The notes beneath the pieces were generated by a model. The model made no database searches, had not been told where the DNA came from, and was given only the letters and a program-made list of their open reading frames with translations. 64,000 bases of DNA, from positions 3,744,001 to 3,808,000 of the forward strand of contig OY762428.1 of the NCBI GenBank assembly GCA_963665665.1. Reading direction: 5' to 3'. This document shows, piece after piece, positions 21,613 to 32,298 of the stretch. The number at the start of each line of letters is the position of its first letter. Positions within the stretch are counted from its first letter, which is position 1. A program made the position numbers and the translations under genes. The stretch is from Candidatus Kapaibacterium sp. (GTDB lineage Bacteria > Bacteroidota > Ignavibacteria > Kapaibacteriales > UBA2268).

Positions 21613-22908
21613 TCAGCCGCGACGTGCCCACTTAATCAGATCTTTAATTGCGGGTTTGCGTCCGGTCATCATTATCCCTATCCTGTATATTCTTGAGCTT
21701 ACCCACAAAGCACCAATGAATGTGCCGATCATCAGTACTACAGACAGAGCTATCTGCCAGAAAGGTACTTCCGTTGCTGCAATTCTTACTATCATCAAAA
21801 TAGGTGAAAACAGCGGGAAGAGCGATAATACTGTTGCAAGCACACTGTCAGGATTCTGCATGATGCTGAATATAAACAGTATAGGTAATATGATTGGCAA
21901 GGTTACGGGTGCCTGAAGCTGCTGAGCATCCTGTTCCTGATCAACGGCGGAACCAACGGCAGCAAAAAGCGATGCATAAATAAAATAACCTGAAAGGAAA
22001 TAGAATACAAATGCTACGCCTATCCATGGGGATATTTCCGGTATCTCGAATCCCTGGGGCAGCCCCTGCCCGGTAGCAGCCATACCCTGCGCCATGTTGT
22101 CAGGTGTGGCAAAGCTGGAAATTATCGGCCCGGCCAGTGAAAGAACTCCAACAGCCAGTATTATCCAGCACAGAACCTGCGTTAGCCCTACAGCTCCGAT
22201 ACCTACTACCTTACCGAACATAATCTCGAAAGGCTTGGCAGATGAGGCAATAACTTCCACTATCCTGTTGCTTTTTTCCTCGATTACGCCTCGCATTACA
22301 AGTCCGCCATACATGAACATCATACCGTAGATCATAAATCCAAGAACATATCCCATAACGGCAAAAGCCTCGGTGTAATCTTTTTGCTCACCTTCCTCGG
22401 TAAGTTTATTGGTTTCAATTTCAAGGCCCTTGTTCACCACTTCAAGTATTTCGTCTGAAGCTCCGGCATCAAGCAGGCGCTGTTTTCTTACTTCCCAGGC
22501 CAGTTCACTGCGGATGGAACCTGTAAATCCAAGACCGCCGCCGCCACGGGTATAAACTTCAACTTTACCGGCTTCAAGAATATTTGCCGGTATTAGCAGG
22601 AACCCGTCAATTTTCGAGTCAAGAACCTGAGTTTTTAGCTCTTCAATCGGAGTGCTTTCAATATAAAATTTGTCCGGCTCGTTATTAACAAGTTTTTCAC
22701 CAAAAAGGCCTGTTTCGTCAACCACGGCAAGTTTTCTTTCTGTGCTGTCCTCGGACATAATAGCTACGAGAGCAGGTATGGTAAGGAATGCAACAAGAAT
22801 CAGCGGCCCGAAAAGAGTACCGATAATAAATCCTTTGGAGCGAATTTTCAGTAAATATTCATGCCTTATGATGTTGAATATCTTGGATGTGCTTTTTCCT
22901 TTCATCAT
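21613..22908 (-). CDS. ABC-2 type exporter permease (NatB/YhaP-like)
   Basis: N-terminal TM, large periplasmic loop, GVIEEKSNRIVEVI, GKVVG and multiple C-terminal TM helices. Confidence 0.9.
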   Translation of the reverse strand: MMKGKSTSKIFNIIRHEYLLKIRSKGFIIGTLFGPLILVAFLTIPALVAIMSEDSTERKLAVVDETGLFGEKLVNNEPDKFYIESTPIEELKTQVLDSKIDGFLLIPANILEAGKVEVYTRGGGGLGFTGSIRSELAWEVRKQRLLDAGASDEILEVVNKGLEIETNKLTEEGEQKDYTEAFAVMGYVLGFMIYGMMFMYGGLVMRGVIEEKSNRIVEVIASSAKPFEIMFGKVVGIGAVGLTQVLCWIILAVGVLSLAGPIISSFATPDNMAQGMAATGQGLPQGFEIPEISPWIGVAFVFYFLSGYFIYASLFAAVGSAVDQEQDAQQLQAPVTLPIILPILFIFSIMQNPDSVLATVLSLFPLFSPILMIVRIAATEVPFWQIALSVVLMIGTFIGALWVSSRIYRIGIMMTGRKPAIKDLIKWARRG

Positions 22909-23813
22909 TTAGCTCCGTCTTTTGATACAACATCAACAAAAATTTCATGAAGGCTGGGTTCTGCCAGTTCAAAACGGTAAATATCTGTTTTGTCAACAAT
23001 AGTTTTCAGAAATTCTTCAGCTTTTATATCAGAGTTTGTTAACCTGAATTCAACCCTGTTTTCAGCACGGTTGATGAAATGAAGACCATCAATTTCATCC
23101 AGGAATGAATCATCTCCTTCAAATTCCAGGAGAATGGTATCCCGGCCATAGCTCTTTTTGATTTCACGGACATTTCCTTCCAGAACAGCGTTCCCTTTAT
23201 TAATAAGGCAGATATCATCGCAAAGCTGTTCCACCTGCTCCATGATATGGGTTGACAGCAGAATAGTTTTTCCCTGCTCCTTGAATTCCAGGATAACATT
23301 TTTCAGAATATCTGCGTTAATCGGGTCGAAACCTGAAAATGGTTCATCAAGAATTAAAATCTCAGGATCATGCAGAATTGTGGAGATAAACTGAACTTTC
23401 TGCTGCATACCCTTCGAAAGCTCCTGTATTTTCTTTCCTGCCCAGTCGGCAGCGCCGAGCCTTATCAGCCATTCCTGTGCTTTTTTTGTTGCATCAGTTC
23501 TGTTCATGCCTTTGAGCTGTGCAAAATAAAGGAGCTGATCCATTACTTTGATCTTTTTATAAAGGCCTCTTTCTTCGGGCAGGTAGCCGATAATATCCCT
23601 GTGTTCCGGGCTTATTTCTTTTTCTTTTATCAGGATTTTCCCTTCGTCCGGAACGTAAATATTGGTGATCATTCTAATCATCGTAGTTTTACCGGCTCCG
23701 TTAGGGCCAAGCAATCCATAAATTGCTCCCTTCTCAACTCTGAAACTGATGTCGTTGGAAGCAGCATAATCACCGAAATATTTTTTTACATTTTGTACTT
23801 GTATAATATCCAT
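22905..23813 (-). CDS. ABC transporter ATP-binding protein (YhaQ/NatA-like)
   Basis: Walker A GPNGAGKT, signature LSKGMQQK, Walker B ILILDEP; ATGA overlap with the permease. Confidence 0.93.
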   Translation of the reverse strand: MDIIQVQNVKKYFGDYAASNDISFRVEKGAIYGLLGPNGAGKTTMIRMITNIYVPDEGKILIKEKEISPEHRDIIGYLPEERGLYKKIKVMDQLLYFAQLKGMNRTDATKKAQEWLIRLGAADWAGKKIQELSKGMQQKVQFISTILHDPEILILDEPFSGFDPINADILKNVILEFKEQGKTILLSTHIMEQVEQLCDDICLINKGNAVLEGNVREIKKSYGRDTILLEFEGDDSFLDEIDGLHFINRAENRVEFRLTNSDIKAEEFLKTIVDKTDIYRFELAEPSLHEIFVDVVSKDGAK

Positions 23814-23875
23814 CAAAGTCCCCGTTTTTTAACAAAAACACTAATATAACGGATTTGAATATCTTATGTTTCATT

Positions 23876-23900
23876 GAAAAAAGCCTCCTTGGAGGCTTTA
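23876..23900 (-). terminator. Terminator after the DHS-like gene
   Basis: AAAGCCTCC-TT-GGAGGCTTT hairpin with a T-tract on the minus strand. Confidence 0.65.
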
Positions 23901-23906
23901 TCAAAT

Positions 23907-24938
23907 TTAGAATAATCTGTCGTTATATCTTTTCGATTTCCTGTCTTTCCAGGATTGCTTATGATAAGCATAAGATGCAATCAGCGGCCATGTAACTGTG
24001 GCCTCGCCGTAAACCATCTGTTCGTAACTTGTTGAAACTTTGCCCCACGAGCTTGCTTCTTTAAGAGTAGACCCTGAAAGTGCACCGTCGCGTTCGTCGG
24101 CCACTGTAAGCTGAACAGCATATTTGTGCATGGCAGCATCATAACCTAATACGTCTGCTGAAACCACAACATCCTGTGTAAAGTTTTTAGGAACACCTCC
24201 GCCAATCATAAAAATACCTGTCTGCGGAGAATCTATCTTTGTTTTTGTAAGTTCATAGAAATCTTTAGCAGAATCAATAGAAACATGGTTGTCAGGGTTG
24301 GCATGCTGATGGTGAACAAGTCCGAACCCTGCAGAACAATCAGAAAATGCGGGAACAAAGATAGGGAGGCCGGCTTCGTAAGCAGTGCGTACAATTGAAC
24401 CTTCTCCTTTATCGTTGAGAACAAGCCATTTACCCATTTCCTCGATAAATTCACGCGAGCTGTAGGGCCTTGGTTCAAGCGAGTTTGCTATTTCGGCAAT
24501 GGTCATATCACACACTCGAAGTTCGTCCTCGTCGATGTATGTATCGTATATCCTGTCAATTTCAAGATCGCGAAGTTCGTTATCATCGCTGAACGGGCTT
24601 CCCTGGTAATGTTTAAAACCGAGGCCTTCAAAGAAATCCTGATCGACAATGTTGGCGCCTGTGGAAATGATAGCATCAATCATGTTGTTTTTTATCATAT
24701 CAACAACGATAGTTTTAAGTCCGGCGCTGAACAGCGAACCTGCAAGAGTAAGATAAACGGAACAATCTTTATCAGCCAGCATCATATCATATATTTTGGA
24801 AGCCCTGTAAAGGTTGCGGGCCTGGAATGCCATTTTACCCATGGCTTCAACCATTTCGATAGTGTTAAACTTCTTAATGTCAATGTGTTCAACAACCATC
24901 TCAGGATTCAAATAATCTTTTTTTTCGGCCATTTTCAT
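23907..24938 (-). CDS. Deoxyhypusine synthase-like protein (probable homospermidine biosynthesis)
   Basis: ISTGAN, DRIYD, PAFSD, GGGVPKNF and DGALSGSTLKEASSWGK, with the catalytic Lys retained. Confidence 0.9.
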   Translation of the reverse strand: MKMAEKKDYLNPEMVVEHIDIKKFNTIEMVEAMGKMAFQARNLYRASKIYDMMLADKDCSVYLTLAGSLFSAGLKTIVVDMIKNNMIDAIISTGANIVDQDFFEGLGFKHYQGSPFSDDNELRDLEIDRIYDTYIDEDELRVCDMTIAEIANSLEPRPYSSREFIEEMGKWLVLNDKGEGSIVRTAYEAGLPIFVPAFSDCSAGFGLVHHQHANPDNHVSIDSAKDFYELTKTKIDSPQTGIFMIGGGVPKNFTQDVVVSADVLGYDAAMHKYAVQLTVADERDGALSGSTLKEASSWGKVSTSYEQMVYGEATVTWPLIASYAYHKQSWKDRKSKRYNDRLF

Positions 24939-25020
24939 TTTTCCTTATCAAAGTTTATTGATTATCAAATTCAATTCAAACCAAATTAAGTAAAAAAACA
25001 TACAATTTGTTTAGGAATTT

Positions 25021-26028
25021 TTATACCCTGCTTTTAATGATTTCAAGTTCTTTCTGAAGCCTTCTGTTTTCTTCTGTCAGAACTTTCAGGGTGCTGACAA
25101 TTTTTTTGGTATTAATTTGAGGAATCAGTTCCTTTTGATTTTCGATTTTACTGATAATCACCAGACCTTCAACATTTTTTTTCTCGGTAAGCAGAGGGTA
25201 AACAGTATATTTAACCGAGAGGTCGCCAACATTTTTAAGATAGCTTTTGGGTTCTTTATTAATGATAACCCTTTTGTTAATATTCAGCCTTTTCTTGATT
25301 TCTTCGTTGGACTCGTTTACGAGTATTTCCTGGAACAATTTACCATCCAACTTTGCATTTCTAAGCAATTTGTTTCCCTGGTGAATATAAGCATCCTTGG
25401 CTTTTTCATTTATAAAGATAATATTATTCCTAATATCAAGAACCGTAATACCATCGGAAACCACGCCAAATATCTCCCTTTTATTTCTTTCCTCGCTTGC
25501 AAGTTCTTTTTCGTATTGTTCTTTAAGGGAATGAATAATTGTATTTGTAGGAATGATCTTGAAAAATGATTTGAAGTTCTTACCTTTTCTGATGATTTTC
25601 CAAATAAGAAGAAATATCTCGGATTTATCGTTCTGGCCGATAATTTTAATTATCTTTTCTTCCCGATGCCCGTCGATGAATTCAGTAAGGGATTGATCAA
25701 GGTCCTGTTGTTCTTCTATCGATCGTGTATCACCATCGATTTTTTCCTTTGTATTTCGGGTTGTCTTGTAAATCATAGTAAGAAGATTTTTTCCTCTTTC
25801 GATTTTTTCTGCAACAGATTCAAATATTTTTTCTATTGCTCCATAAGAATTAATAATTCTGAAATCAGCAGTAAATTCAACAATTGCCATTTCGGAATAT
25901 TTAAGAAGCTCATTCATTTCAGCTTCCTGTGTTTGAATTTTTGATTCATATTCCTTTAGTCTGGATTCGTATTTGGATAATTGCGATCTTAAACTTGCAA
26001 CCCTTTCGTCATCATTTGTATTTTTCAT
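25021..26028 (-). CDS. Coiled-coil/PAS-domain protein without a recognisable output domain
   Basis: N- and C-terminal heptad coils; PAS start at VSDGITVLD...IIFINEKA. Confidence 0.55.
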   Translation of the reverse strand: MKNTNDDERVASLRSQLSKYESRLKEYESKIQTQEAEMNELLKYSEMAIVEFTADFRIINSYGAIEKIFESVAEKIERGKNLLTMIYKTTRNTKEKIDGDTRSIEEQQDLDQSLTEFIDGHREEKIIKIIGQNDKSEIFLLIWKIIRKGKNFKSFFKIIPTNTIIHSLKEQYEKELASEERNKREIFGVVSDGITVLDIRNNIIFINEKAKDAYIHQGNKLLRNAKLDGKLFQEILVNESNEEIKKRLNINKRVIINKEPKSYLKNVGDLSVKYTVYPLLTEKKNVEGLVIISKIENQKELIPQINTKKIVSTLKVLTEENRRLQKELEIIKSRV

Positions 26029-26045
26029 TGTCAGTGATAATAATT

Positions 26046-27968
26046 TTAATCGTTAATTAAACTAAGCGGAAGAGTAAGAATAATATCAGTGCCTTCTCCG
26101 AGTTCACTTCTGACGTCTATCTTACCATCCATTTTATTTACAAATTCATTGCATAGAAGTAGGCCAAGGCCTGTTCCTTTTTCATTCTTGGTGCCGGTGG
26201 TACTTTTTGTTTTTCCCGCCATGAACAGGCAGTCCATTGTTTTGCTGTCCATGCCGAGTCCGTTATCGCTGATAATCAGTTTAATATTATTTTCTTCAAT
26301 AATAGTTGAACTTTGAATCCGTCCGCCAATATTGGTAAATTTTATTGCATTTGAAATTATATTCCTTACAACGGTATTTAGCATATTCATATCAACATAA
26401 GCAATTGCTTCTTTGCTAATACTATTAATAAATTGAATATTTTTTTCTTTTAAATTTTGTGACAGCAGATCAGAATTTAGATTAACCAGGCTATATAAAT
26501 TCACTGTTTCGGGGTTATTATCTATCATATTTCTTTGGGAACGCGACCACTGAAGGATATTTTCGAGAAGTTCCTGAAGGTTTTCAGAAGAAGAGTTGAT
26601 GTCCAGAAGAATTTCCTTAATATTTTCAATTGGCATATCATCAATGTCTGAGATCAACATATTCAGAACACCCCTGAATGATGCGAGCGGGTTTTTAAGG
26701 TCGTGGGCCAGTATTGAAAAGAACTTATCCTTGGTATCATTGCTTTTTATTAATTCCCTTTCAGATTCTATCATTTTCAGTGTTAGTTCATTCAGCTTAT
26801 ATGAATGTTCTTCAACTGCCTGCTGTGAATAACTCAATTCCTCGATCAGGCGGTTCATATCCTTTTCCCTGATCTTTTTAAAAGTAATATCCCTGATTAT
26901 CCCGATTGCATGCCATCTTTTGTTTATTCTGACAGATGAAAGCGATAATTCCACCGGAAATTCCAGGCCATCGCTGCCAACAGCCATCAACTCCAATGTT
27001 TTTCCAACTGCCGGGCCTGAACCGGTTGATCTGAAAGTATGAATTCCTGCCCGGTATTTATCCCTGTATCTTTCGGGTGCCAGGAAATCGTGCAGTTTTG
27101 TGTTTAAAACATCTTCTTTTTTATATCCGAAAATTCTCTCTGCAGCACGATTCCAGAAGGTTATTGCCCCTTCATCGTTCATCATGATAATTCCATCCTG
27201 GGCTGAAGCGCTCATCGATCGAAATTTCAGTTCGCTTTCATGAGCCTGGGTGTTTGCGCGGATAAGATCTGTCAGGTCGTAAATGCTTTCAACGGCTCCA
27301 ACCGTTTTGCCATTGTTGTCCCTTAGTATCATAGCATTTTTTGATACGATCTTGCTGCTGCCCTTTTTGGTTTTAATTACAGTTTCTGTTGTATAGAATT
27401 CCAAAGGACTATCTGATTTATCAAAAAGCCGGCAATTGTTATCGCAGGGATATCCTGAAAATAAGAAACATTCCCTGCCTACAACCTCACCGGCTTTGAA
27501 TCCTGTAATTTCTTCAGCACGCTTATTCCAAAAAGTAATTTTCCGGTTGGCATCAACATAAAATATACCGCTTGGAGCAACTTTCATAAGAATTTCATGC
27601 TGCCTGTGAAGGTCTTCATATTCCGAATAATATTCATGTTGCTTAGTAATATCCTGGAGAATAGACAGCAGGTAGTCTGTATGCCCCTCAATTGATTTAG
27701 TTATCAGGCTAAAATATTTTTGTTTCCCCTTAAATTTTAACTTAAAGGTTTTTTTCCCTTCAAAATAAATATCACTATTATCGGCAGCTGTTTCAATATG
27801 CGGATTTTCTTTAGATAAGTTCCTGAAAATATCATTATAAATGATTATTTTATTATTCGAATCAGAAATAAATGCAGGGAAGGGAAGGTTTGATAAAATT
27901 GAAGAAAACAGGGAATTTAATTTATCCGAACTGTTCATTTTGTCCTTATTGTTTGTTTTTTCAGACAT
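26046..27968 (-). CDS. Multi-PAS sensor histidine kinase
   Basis: PAS domains (FWNKRAE, FWNRAAE), H-box AHDLKNP, N-box NAIKF, G boxes DNGLGM and GTGLGL. Confidence 0.93.
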   Translation of the reverse strand: MSEKTNNKDKMNSSDKLNSLFSSILSNLPFPAFISDSNNKIIIYNDIFRNLSKENPHIETAADNSDIYFEGKKTFKLKFKGKQKYFSLITKSIEGHTDYLLSILQDITKQHEYYSEYEDLHRQHEILMKVAPSGIFYVDANRKITFWNKRAEEITGFKAGEVVGRECFLFSGYPCDNNCRLFDKSDSPLEFYTTETVIKTKKGSSKIVSKNAMILRDNNGKTVGAVESIYDLTDLIRANTQAHESELKFRSMSASAQDGIIMMNDEGAITFWNRAAERIFGYKKEDVLNTKLHDFLAPERYRDKYRAGIHTFRSTGSGPAVGKTLELMAVGSDGLEFPVELSLSSVRINKRWHAIGIIRDITFKKIREKDMNRLIEELSYSQQAVEEHSYKLNELTLKMIESERELIKSNDTKDKFFSILAHDLKNPLASFRGVLNMLISDIDDMPIENIKEILLDINSSSENLQELLENILQWSRSQRNMIDNNPETVNLYSLVNLNSDLLSQNLKEKNIQFINSISKEAIAYVDMNMLNTVVRNIISNAIKFTNIGGRIQSSTIIEENNIKLIISDNGLGMDSKTMDCLFMAGKTKSTTGTKNEKGTGLGLLLCNEFVNKMDGKIDVRSELGEGTDIILTLPLSLIND

Positions 27969-28042
27969 TTTCACCCTGTTTACTATTTATTACCATCAAT
28001 TGAAAATATATAATTTTAAACTAAAAATCCAAGATTTTTATT

Positions 28043-30169
28043 CTATTTTGCCAGTATTAATTCAATTTTTTTCCTGTCAATATCAGTATTTACGATCTGC
28101 ACGGTAATGCTGTCACCAAACCTGAATTTCCTTTTTTTCTTTTTACCTGTCAGGGTATATTTTTTCTCATCATAAATATAGTAATCATCCTTCAGGTCCT
28201 TGATATGCAGAAGGCCTTCCACCCAAAGGTCATCCATTAGAACAAAGATACCGAAATTTGTTACTCCTGATATCACACCAGTGAATATTTTGCCAATTTT
28301 TGAAGAAGCAAGCACAGTTCCGGCGAGCCTTTGCGAAAGCCTTTCTGCTTCTACAGCTTTCTTTTCAGTTTCGGTTGAATGTGTACAAGTATCTTTCAGA
28401 AGCATTTTAAGGAACCCGATCCTGTTTTTGTCTGGTTTGGCAACTGAATATTCTTTTATCAGGCGATGTACTATCAAATCCGGATATCTTCTGATAGGAG
28501 AAGTAAAATGAGTATAATCCTTGAATCCAAGCCCGAAATGCCCCGGATTTTTTGTTGAATAGATTGCCTTTGCCATAGACCGGATCAATACCTGGTTTAC
28601 AATACTTTTCCTGCTGCTGTTTTCCACTTCTTTAAGAAGTTTGTTCAAATCTTTTGCTTTGGGTTCTTTTACTTTTGTTCTGATACCGAGAGTTTTAATA
28701 AATGAAATAGCATCGGCTACCTGTCCGGGTTCAGGTTGGTCATGAATTCTGTAAATAAAAGGAACATCTTTAATTCTGAATTTTTTCGATAGTTTTCCGG
28801 CATGTTCGGCTACGGTTTTATTTGCAGCCAGCATACACTCTTCTACCAGCGAAGTAGCCGGGGTTTCTTCCCTTAGTTTGGCTTCAACGGGAATATTGTT
28901 TTCATTCAGAATATATTTTACTTCAGATGTATGAAAATTAACTCCGCCGTATAAGAAACGCTTTTTCTTCAAAGTTTTAGCAAGGTTGTTAAGTTTTTCC
29001 AGTAATTTAACTTTATCACCCTGGCCGCTTTCCAGAATTTCCTGTACTTCCTCGTAGGAATAACGCCGTTTGCTATTAATTACTGTTTCTTCAATTTTAT
29101 AATCTTTAAGGCCGCCCCTGGGGCCAAAGGTCATGAAAACAGAAAAAGCAAATCTGTCAACATTTGGTTTAAGTGAACATAATTCATTCGACAATTCCTC
29201 GGGCAGCATTGGAACAACCCTGTCAACAAGATATACACTATTGCCTCTGGTTCGGGCATCAATATCAAGATCGGAATTTTCTTGGACAAAATGGCTGACA
29301 TCAGCAATATGCACACCAAGATAATTATCTCCGTTCGGTAATATTTCAAGTGAAAGAGCATCATCAAAATCCCTGGCATCGGCAGGGTCTATGGTAATAA
29401 TTTCCATATCCCTTATATCGTGACGGCGCGACAATTCTTTTTCACTGATATCAATCTTCAGTTTCTTTGCTATAGTCTTAACTTCGGGAGGGAAGTCTTT
29501 TGGAAGTTTGAATTCCTCAATAATTGAATCGAATTCTGCTTCAGGTTCTCCTGCTTTGCCCAGAATCTCAACAACTTCGGCTCTGGGGCTTTTCAGAGGA
29601 TCAATCCACCTTAGGAATCTTGCAGAAACTTTATCGCCATCTTCAGCTCCATTCAGCTTATCTTTAGGGATAAGAAAATCAACATAATATTTTTCATCAT
29701 CAGGAATCAGGAAACAAAAATTATCATCAATTTCCAATTCACCTACAATTATATTATCAGCCCGATCCACAACACCGGTAATTTCGCCCTTTGGTTTTCT
29801 GCCGGGCTTAACAGCATGAAGCTGAACAACCACAATATCACCGTCCAGGGCGGTTCCGAAATATTTTCTGCGAATATTAATTTTTTGGTATTCAGGATTG
29901 TCGGTTATTACAATGGCCCTGTCTTTTCTAATTACAAAAACCCCCTGCAGAGCACTTTCGCTGGAATAATCAATCAGGGAGTAGCGGCGTCTGGAAGATT
30001 TTCTCAGCAAATTATCATCACAAAGCTGATTCAGTAATTCTTTCAGGACAAAATATTTTCCGGTATCGGACTTATATCCGAAATGTGCTGAAATATCTTT
30101 CAATTGCAGAGGCTGAAGTGAATCGCCCAGCAATTTCAATATTTCTTCGGTCATTTTTTCTGTGCTCAT
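28043..30169 (-). CDS. rnr: Ribonuclease R
   Basis: TIDPADARDFDDA, HIADVS, YTHFTSPIRRYPD and a C-terminal S1 domain. Confidence 0.95.
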   Translation of the reverse strand: MSTEKMTEEILKLLGDSLQPLQLKDISAHFGYKSDTGKYFVLKELLNQLCDDNLLRKSSRRRYSLIDYSSESALQGVFVIRKDRAIVITDNPEYQKINIRRKYFGTALDGDIVVVQLHAVKPGRKPKGEITGVVDRADNIIVGELEIDDNFCFLIPDDEKYYVDFLIPKDKLNGAEDGDKVSARFLRWIDPLKSPRAEVVEILGKAGEPEAEFDSIIEEFKLPKDFPPEVKTIAKKLKIDISEKELSRRHDIRDMEIITIDPADARDFDDALSLEILPNGDNYLGVHIADVSHFVQENSDLDIDARTRGNSVYLVDRVVPMLPEELSNELCSLKPNVDRFAFSVFMTFGPRGGLKDYKIEETVINSKRRYSYEEVQEILESGQGDKVKLLEKLNNLAKTLKKKRFLYGGVNFHTSEVKYILNENNIPVEAKLREETPATSLVEECMLAANKTVAEHAGKLSKKFRIKDVPFIYRIHDQPEPGQVADAISFIKTLGIRTKVKEPKAKDLNKLLKEVENSSRKSIVNQVLIRSMAKAIYSTKNPGHFGLGFKDYTHFTSPIRRYPDLIVHRLIKEYSVAKPDKNRIGFLKMLLKDTCTHSTETEKKAVEAERLSQRLAGTVLASSKIGKIFTGVISGVTNFGIFVLMDDLWVEGLLHIKDLKDDYYIYDEKKYTLTGKKKKRKFRFGDSITVQIVNTDIDRKKIELILAK

Positions 30170-30411
30170 CAACTACCTTATCAGTTTTTGTTACTATAAA
30201 TTTTTAGCAATATAGCACTTTTTTATACCAATTATACATTGAATAAGCAGAATGAAATCCAAAAAGAATTTTTTTAGAACATATTCCACTTCATAAAATA
30301 TGGTTTAATATTCTGCCGGATAAAGAATCACAAAAAAATAACAACAGCTAATTGTTAAATTAATATAAAACACGTATTTTAATTTTTTTGAAATTATACA
30401 GGAATTTAATT

Positions 30412-31224
30412 GTGTCCGTTTTTATAAATGCAATTTTTATTGGCGACGTGGTTGGCGAACCTGGTATGAAAGCTCTCAGGCAGTATCTTCCGAATGTAAA
30501 AGAAAAATACTCTCCTGATTTTGTTGTTATTAACGGTGAGAATGTAACTAACGGCAAAGGTATTACCGAGCCTGAAGCAGAAGAGATATTTTCTATGGGT
30601 GCTAATATTATAACTACCGGCAATCATATATGGGACAATTGGAAATCCAGGCCATTGCTGGCTAAAAATCCTAAGATCATCAGGCCGCTTAACTATCCGT
30701 CCGGAAATGCCGGGTTGGGGTATGCTTTTTATAATCTTGATGCAAAAACTAAAATTGCTGTTCTCCAGCTTCAGGGCAGAACTTATATGCAGCCTATTGA
30801 TTGTCCTTTCAGGGCTGCCGATTATGCCGTGAAGAAAATTCAGGAACAAACAAACAATATTATTGTGGACTTCCATGCTGATGCAACTGCCGAGAAAATT
30901 GCCCTGGGCTGGTATCTTGATGGCAAAGTCAGCGCTGTTTTCGGTACGCATACTCATATTCAGACAGCGGATGCTACCTTACTGCCGAACGGTACTGCAT
31001 ATATTACCGATGTTGGTATGACCGGCCCTTATGATTCAGTTGTCGGCTTGCGTAAGGATATAGCATTAAAAAGATTTATGCTGCAAACAGCTCATAAATA
31101 CGAGATGGCTGATGGGGATATACGGCTTTCGGGTGTATTCGTGAAAATTGATTCTACTACCGGACAGGCCATGAAAATCGAACCATTTGCACTGCCTGAA
31201 TTTGTCAGAGAGATTGAAATATGA
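30412..31224 (+). CDS. YmdB/TIGR00282 family metallophosphoesterase (GTG start assumed)
   Basis: IGDVVG, NGEN, TGNH, DFHAD, GTHTH, DVGMTG. Confidence 0.93.
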   Translation: MSVFINAIFIGDVVGEPGMKALRQYLPNVKEKYSPDFVVINGENVTNGKGITEPEAEEIFSMGANIITTGNHIWDNWKSRPLLAKNPKIIRPLNYPSGNAGLGYAFYNLDAKTKIAVLQLQGRTYMQPIDCPFRAADYAVKKIQEQTNNIIVDFHADATAEKIALGWYLDGKVSAVFGTHTHIQTADATLLPNGTAYITDVGMTGPYDSVVGLRKDIALKRFMLQTAHKYEMADGDIRLSGVFVKIDSTTGQAMKIEPFALPEFVREIEI

Positions 31225-32234
31225 GAAGCGATATCAACCTGGCGGTTGTTGGTGCAACAGGGCTTGTTGGCAGAAAAATACTGAAAGTTCTTGAGGAAAG
31301 GGATTTTAATTATAAATCCCTGACCCTGCTTGCATCAGAAAAAAGCGCCGGGCAGATAATAAATTTAAACAGAAAAGAACATATAGTTTCCGGAATTAAA
31401 GATAGTTCATTCGATAATATTGATATTGCTCTCTTTTCAGCCGGCGGGTCTGCAAGTAAAATATTTGCTCCTATAGCTGCACAATCCGGTTGTATCGTTG
31501 TTGATAACAGCAGTGCCTGGCGAATGGATGAAAATGTACCACTTATTGTTCCGGAAGTAAACCCTGACGATTTGAAAGGGCACAGGGGAATAATTGCCAA
31601 CCCCAACTGTTCTACAATACAAATGGTTCTTGCGCTGCAAACGGTACATGAATTATTCGGGCTGAAAAAAGTGGTTTGTTCTACTTATCAGTCAATCAGC
31701 GGAGCAGGGCAAAAAGGGATTTCACAGCTTAAGGATGAAATAGAAGGAAGAATTCCCGATACAAGGATTAGCCCTTACCAGCTTGCATATAATACGGTCT
31801 TCCATAGTTTCTCCGAAGGCAATAATTATACTGAAGAAGAATTGAAAATGGTAAATGAACCCAGGAAGATACTTCACCTTCCCCACCTGGAAATGGAAGT
31901 AACCTGCGTGCGCATACCTGTTCTTGGCGGCCACGGGGAATCGCTTTATATTGAAACTGAAAAAGAAGTTGATGTTAGCAAATTAAAATCAGCTTACGAG
32001 GAAACAGCTGGCATTGTATTAACAGATAAGCCGGAAAATGATATTTATCCCATGATATTAAGTGCCGAAGATAAAGATTCTGTATTTATCGGCAGGATAA
32101 GAAAGGCTGTTAACAGCAGTAAAGCTCTAAATATGTGGGTTGTTGCCGATAACCTGCGAAAGGGCGCTGCAACTAATGCTGTTCAGATAGCAGAATTGAT
32201 AGCAGTAAACGATTTATGGGAATTTGATTTATAA
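31221..32234 (+). CDS. asd: Aspartate-semialdehyde dehydrogenase
   Basis: VVGATGLVG, DNSSAWRM, NPNCSTIQ, STYQSISGAG, DNLRKGAATNA. Confidence 0.96.
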   Translation: MRSDINLAVVGATGLVGRKILKVLEERDFNYKSLTLLASEKSAGQIINLNRKEHIVSGIKDSSFDNIDIALFSAGGSASKIFAPIAAQSGCIVVDNSSAWRMDENVPLIVPEVNPDDLKGHRGIIANPNCSTIQMVLALQTVHELFGLKKVVCSTYQSISGAGQKGISQLKDEIEGRIPDTRISPYQLAYNTVFHSFSEGNNYTEEELKMVNEPRKILHLPHLEMEVTCVRIPVLGGHGESLYIETEKEVDVSKLKSAYEETAGIVLTDKPENDIYPMILSAEDKDSVFIGRIRKAVNSSKALNMWVVADNLRKGAATNAVQIAELIAVNDLWEFDL

Positions 32235-32264
32235 AAAATAATACGGCAAACATAATGTTGATTT

Positions 32265-32298
32265 AAAAATCCGGTTTTTTTCTTAAACCGGCTTTTTT
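32265..32298 (+). terminator. Terminator after asd
   Basis: CCGGTTT...AAACCGG hairpin followed by CTTTTTT. Confidence 0.65.
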
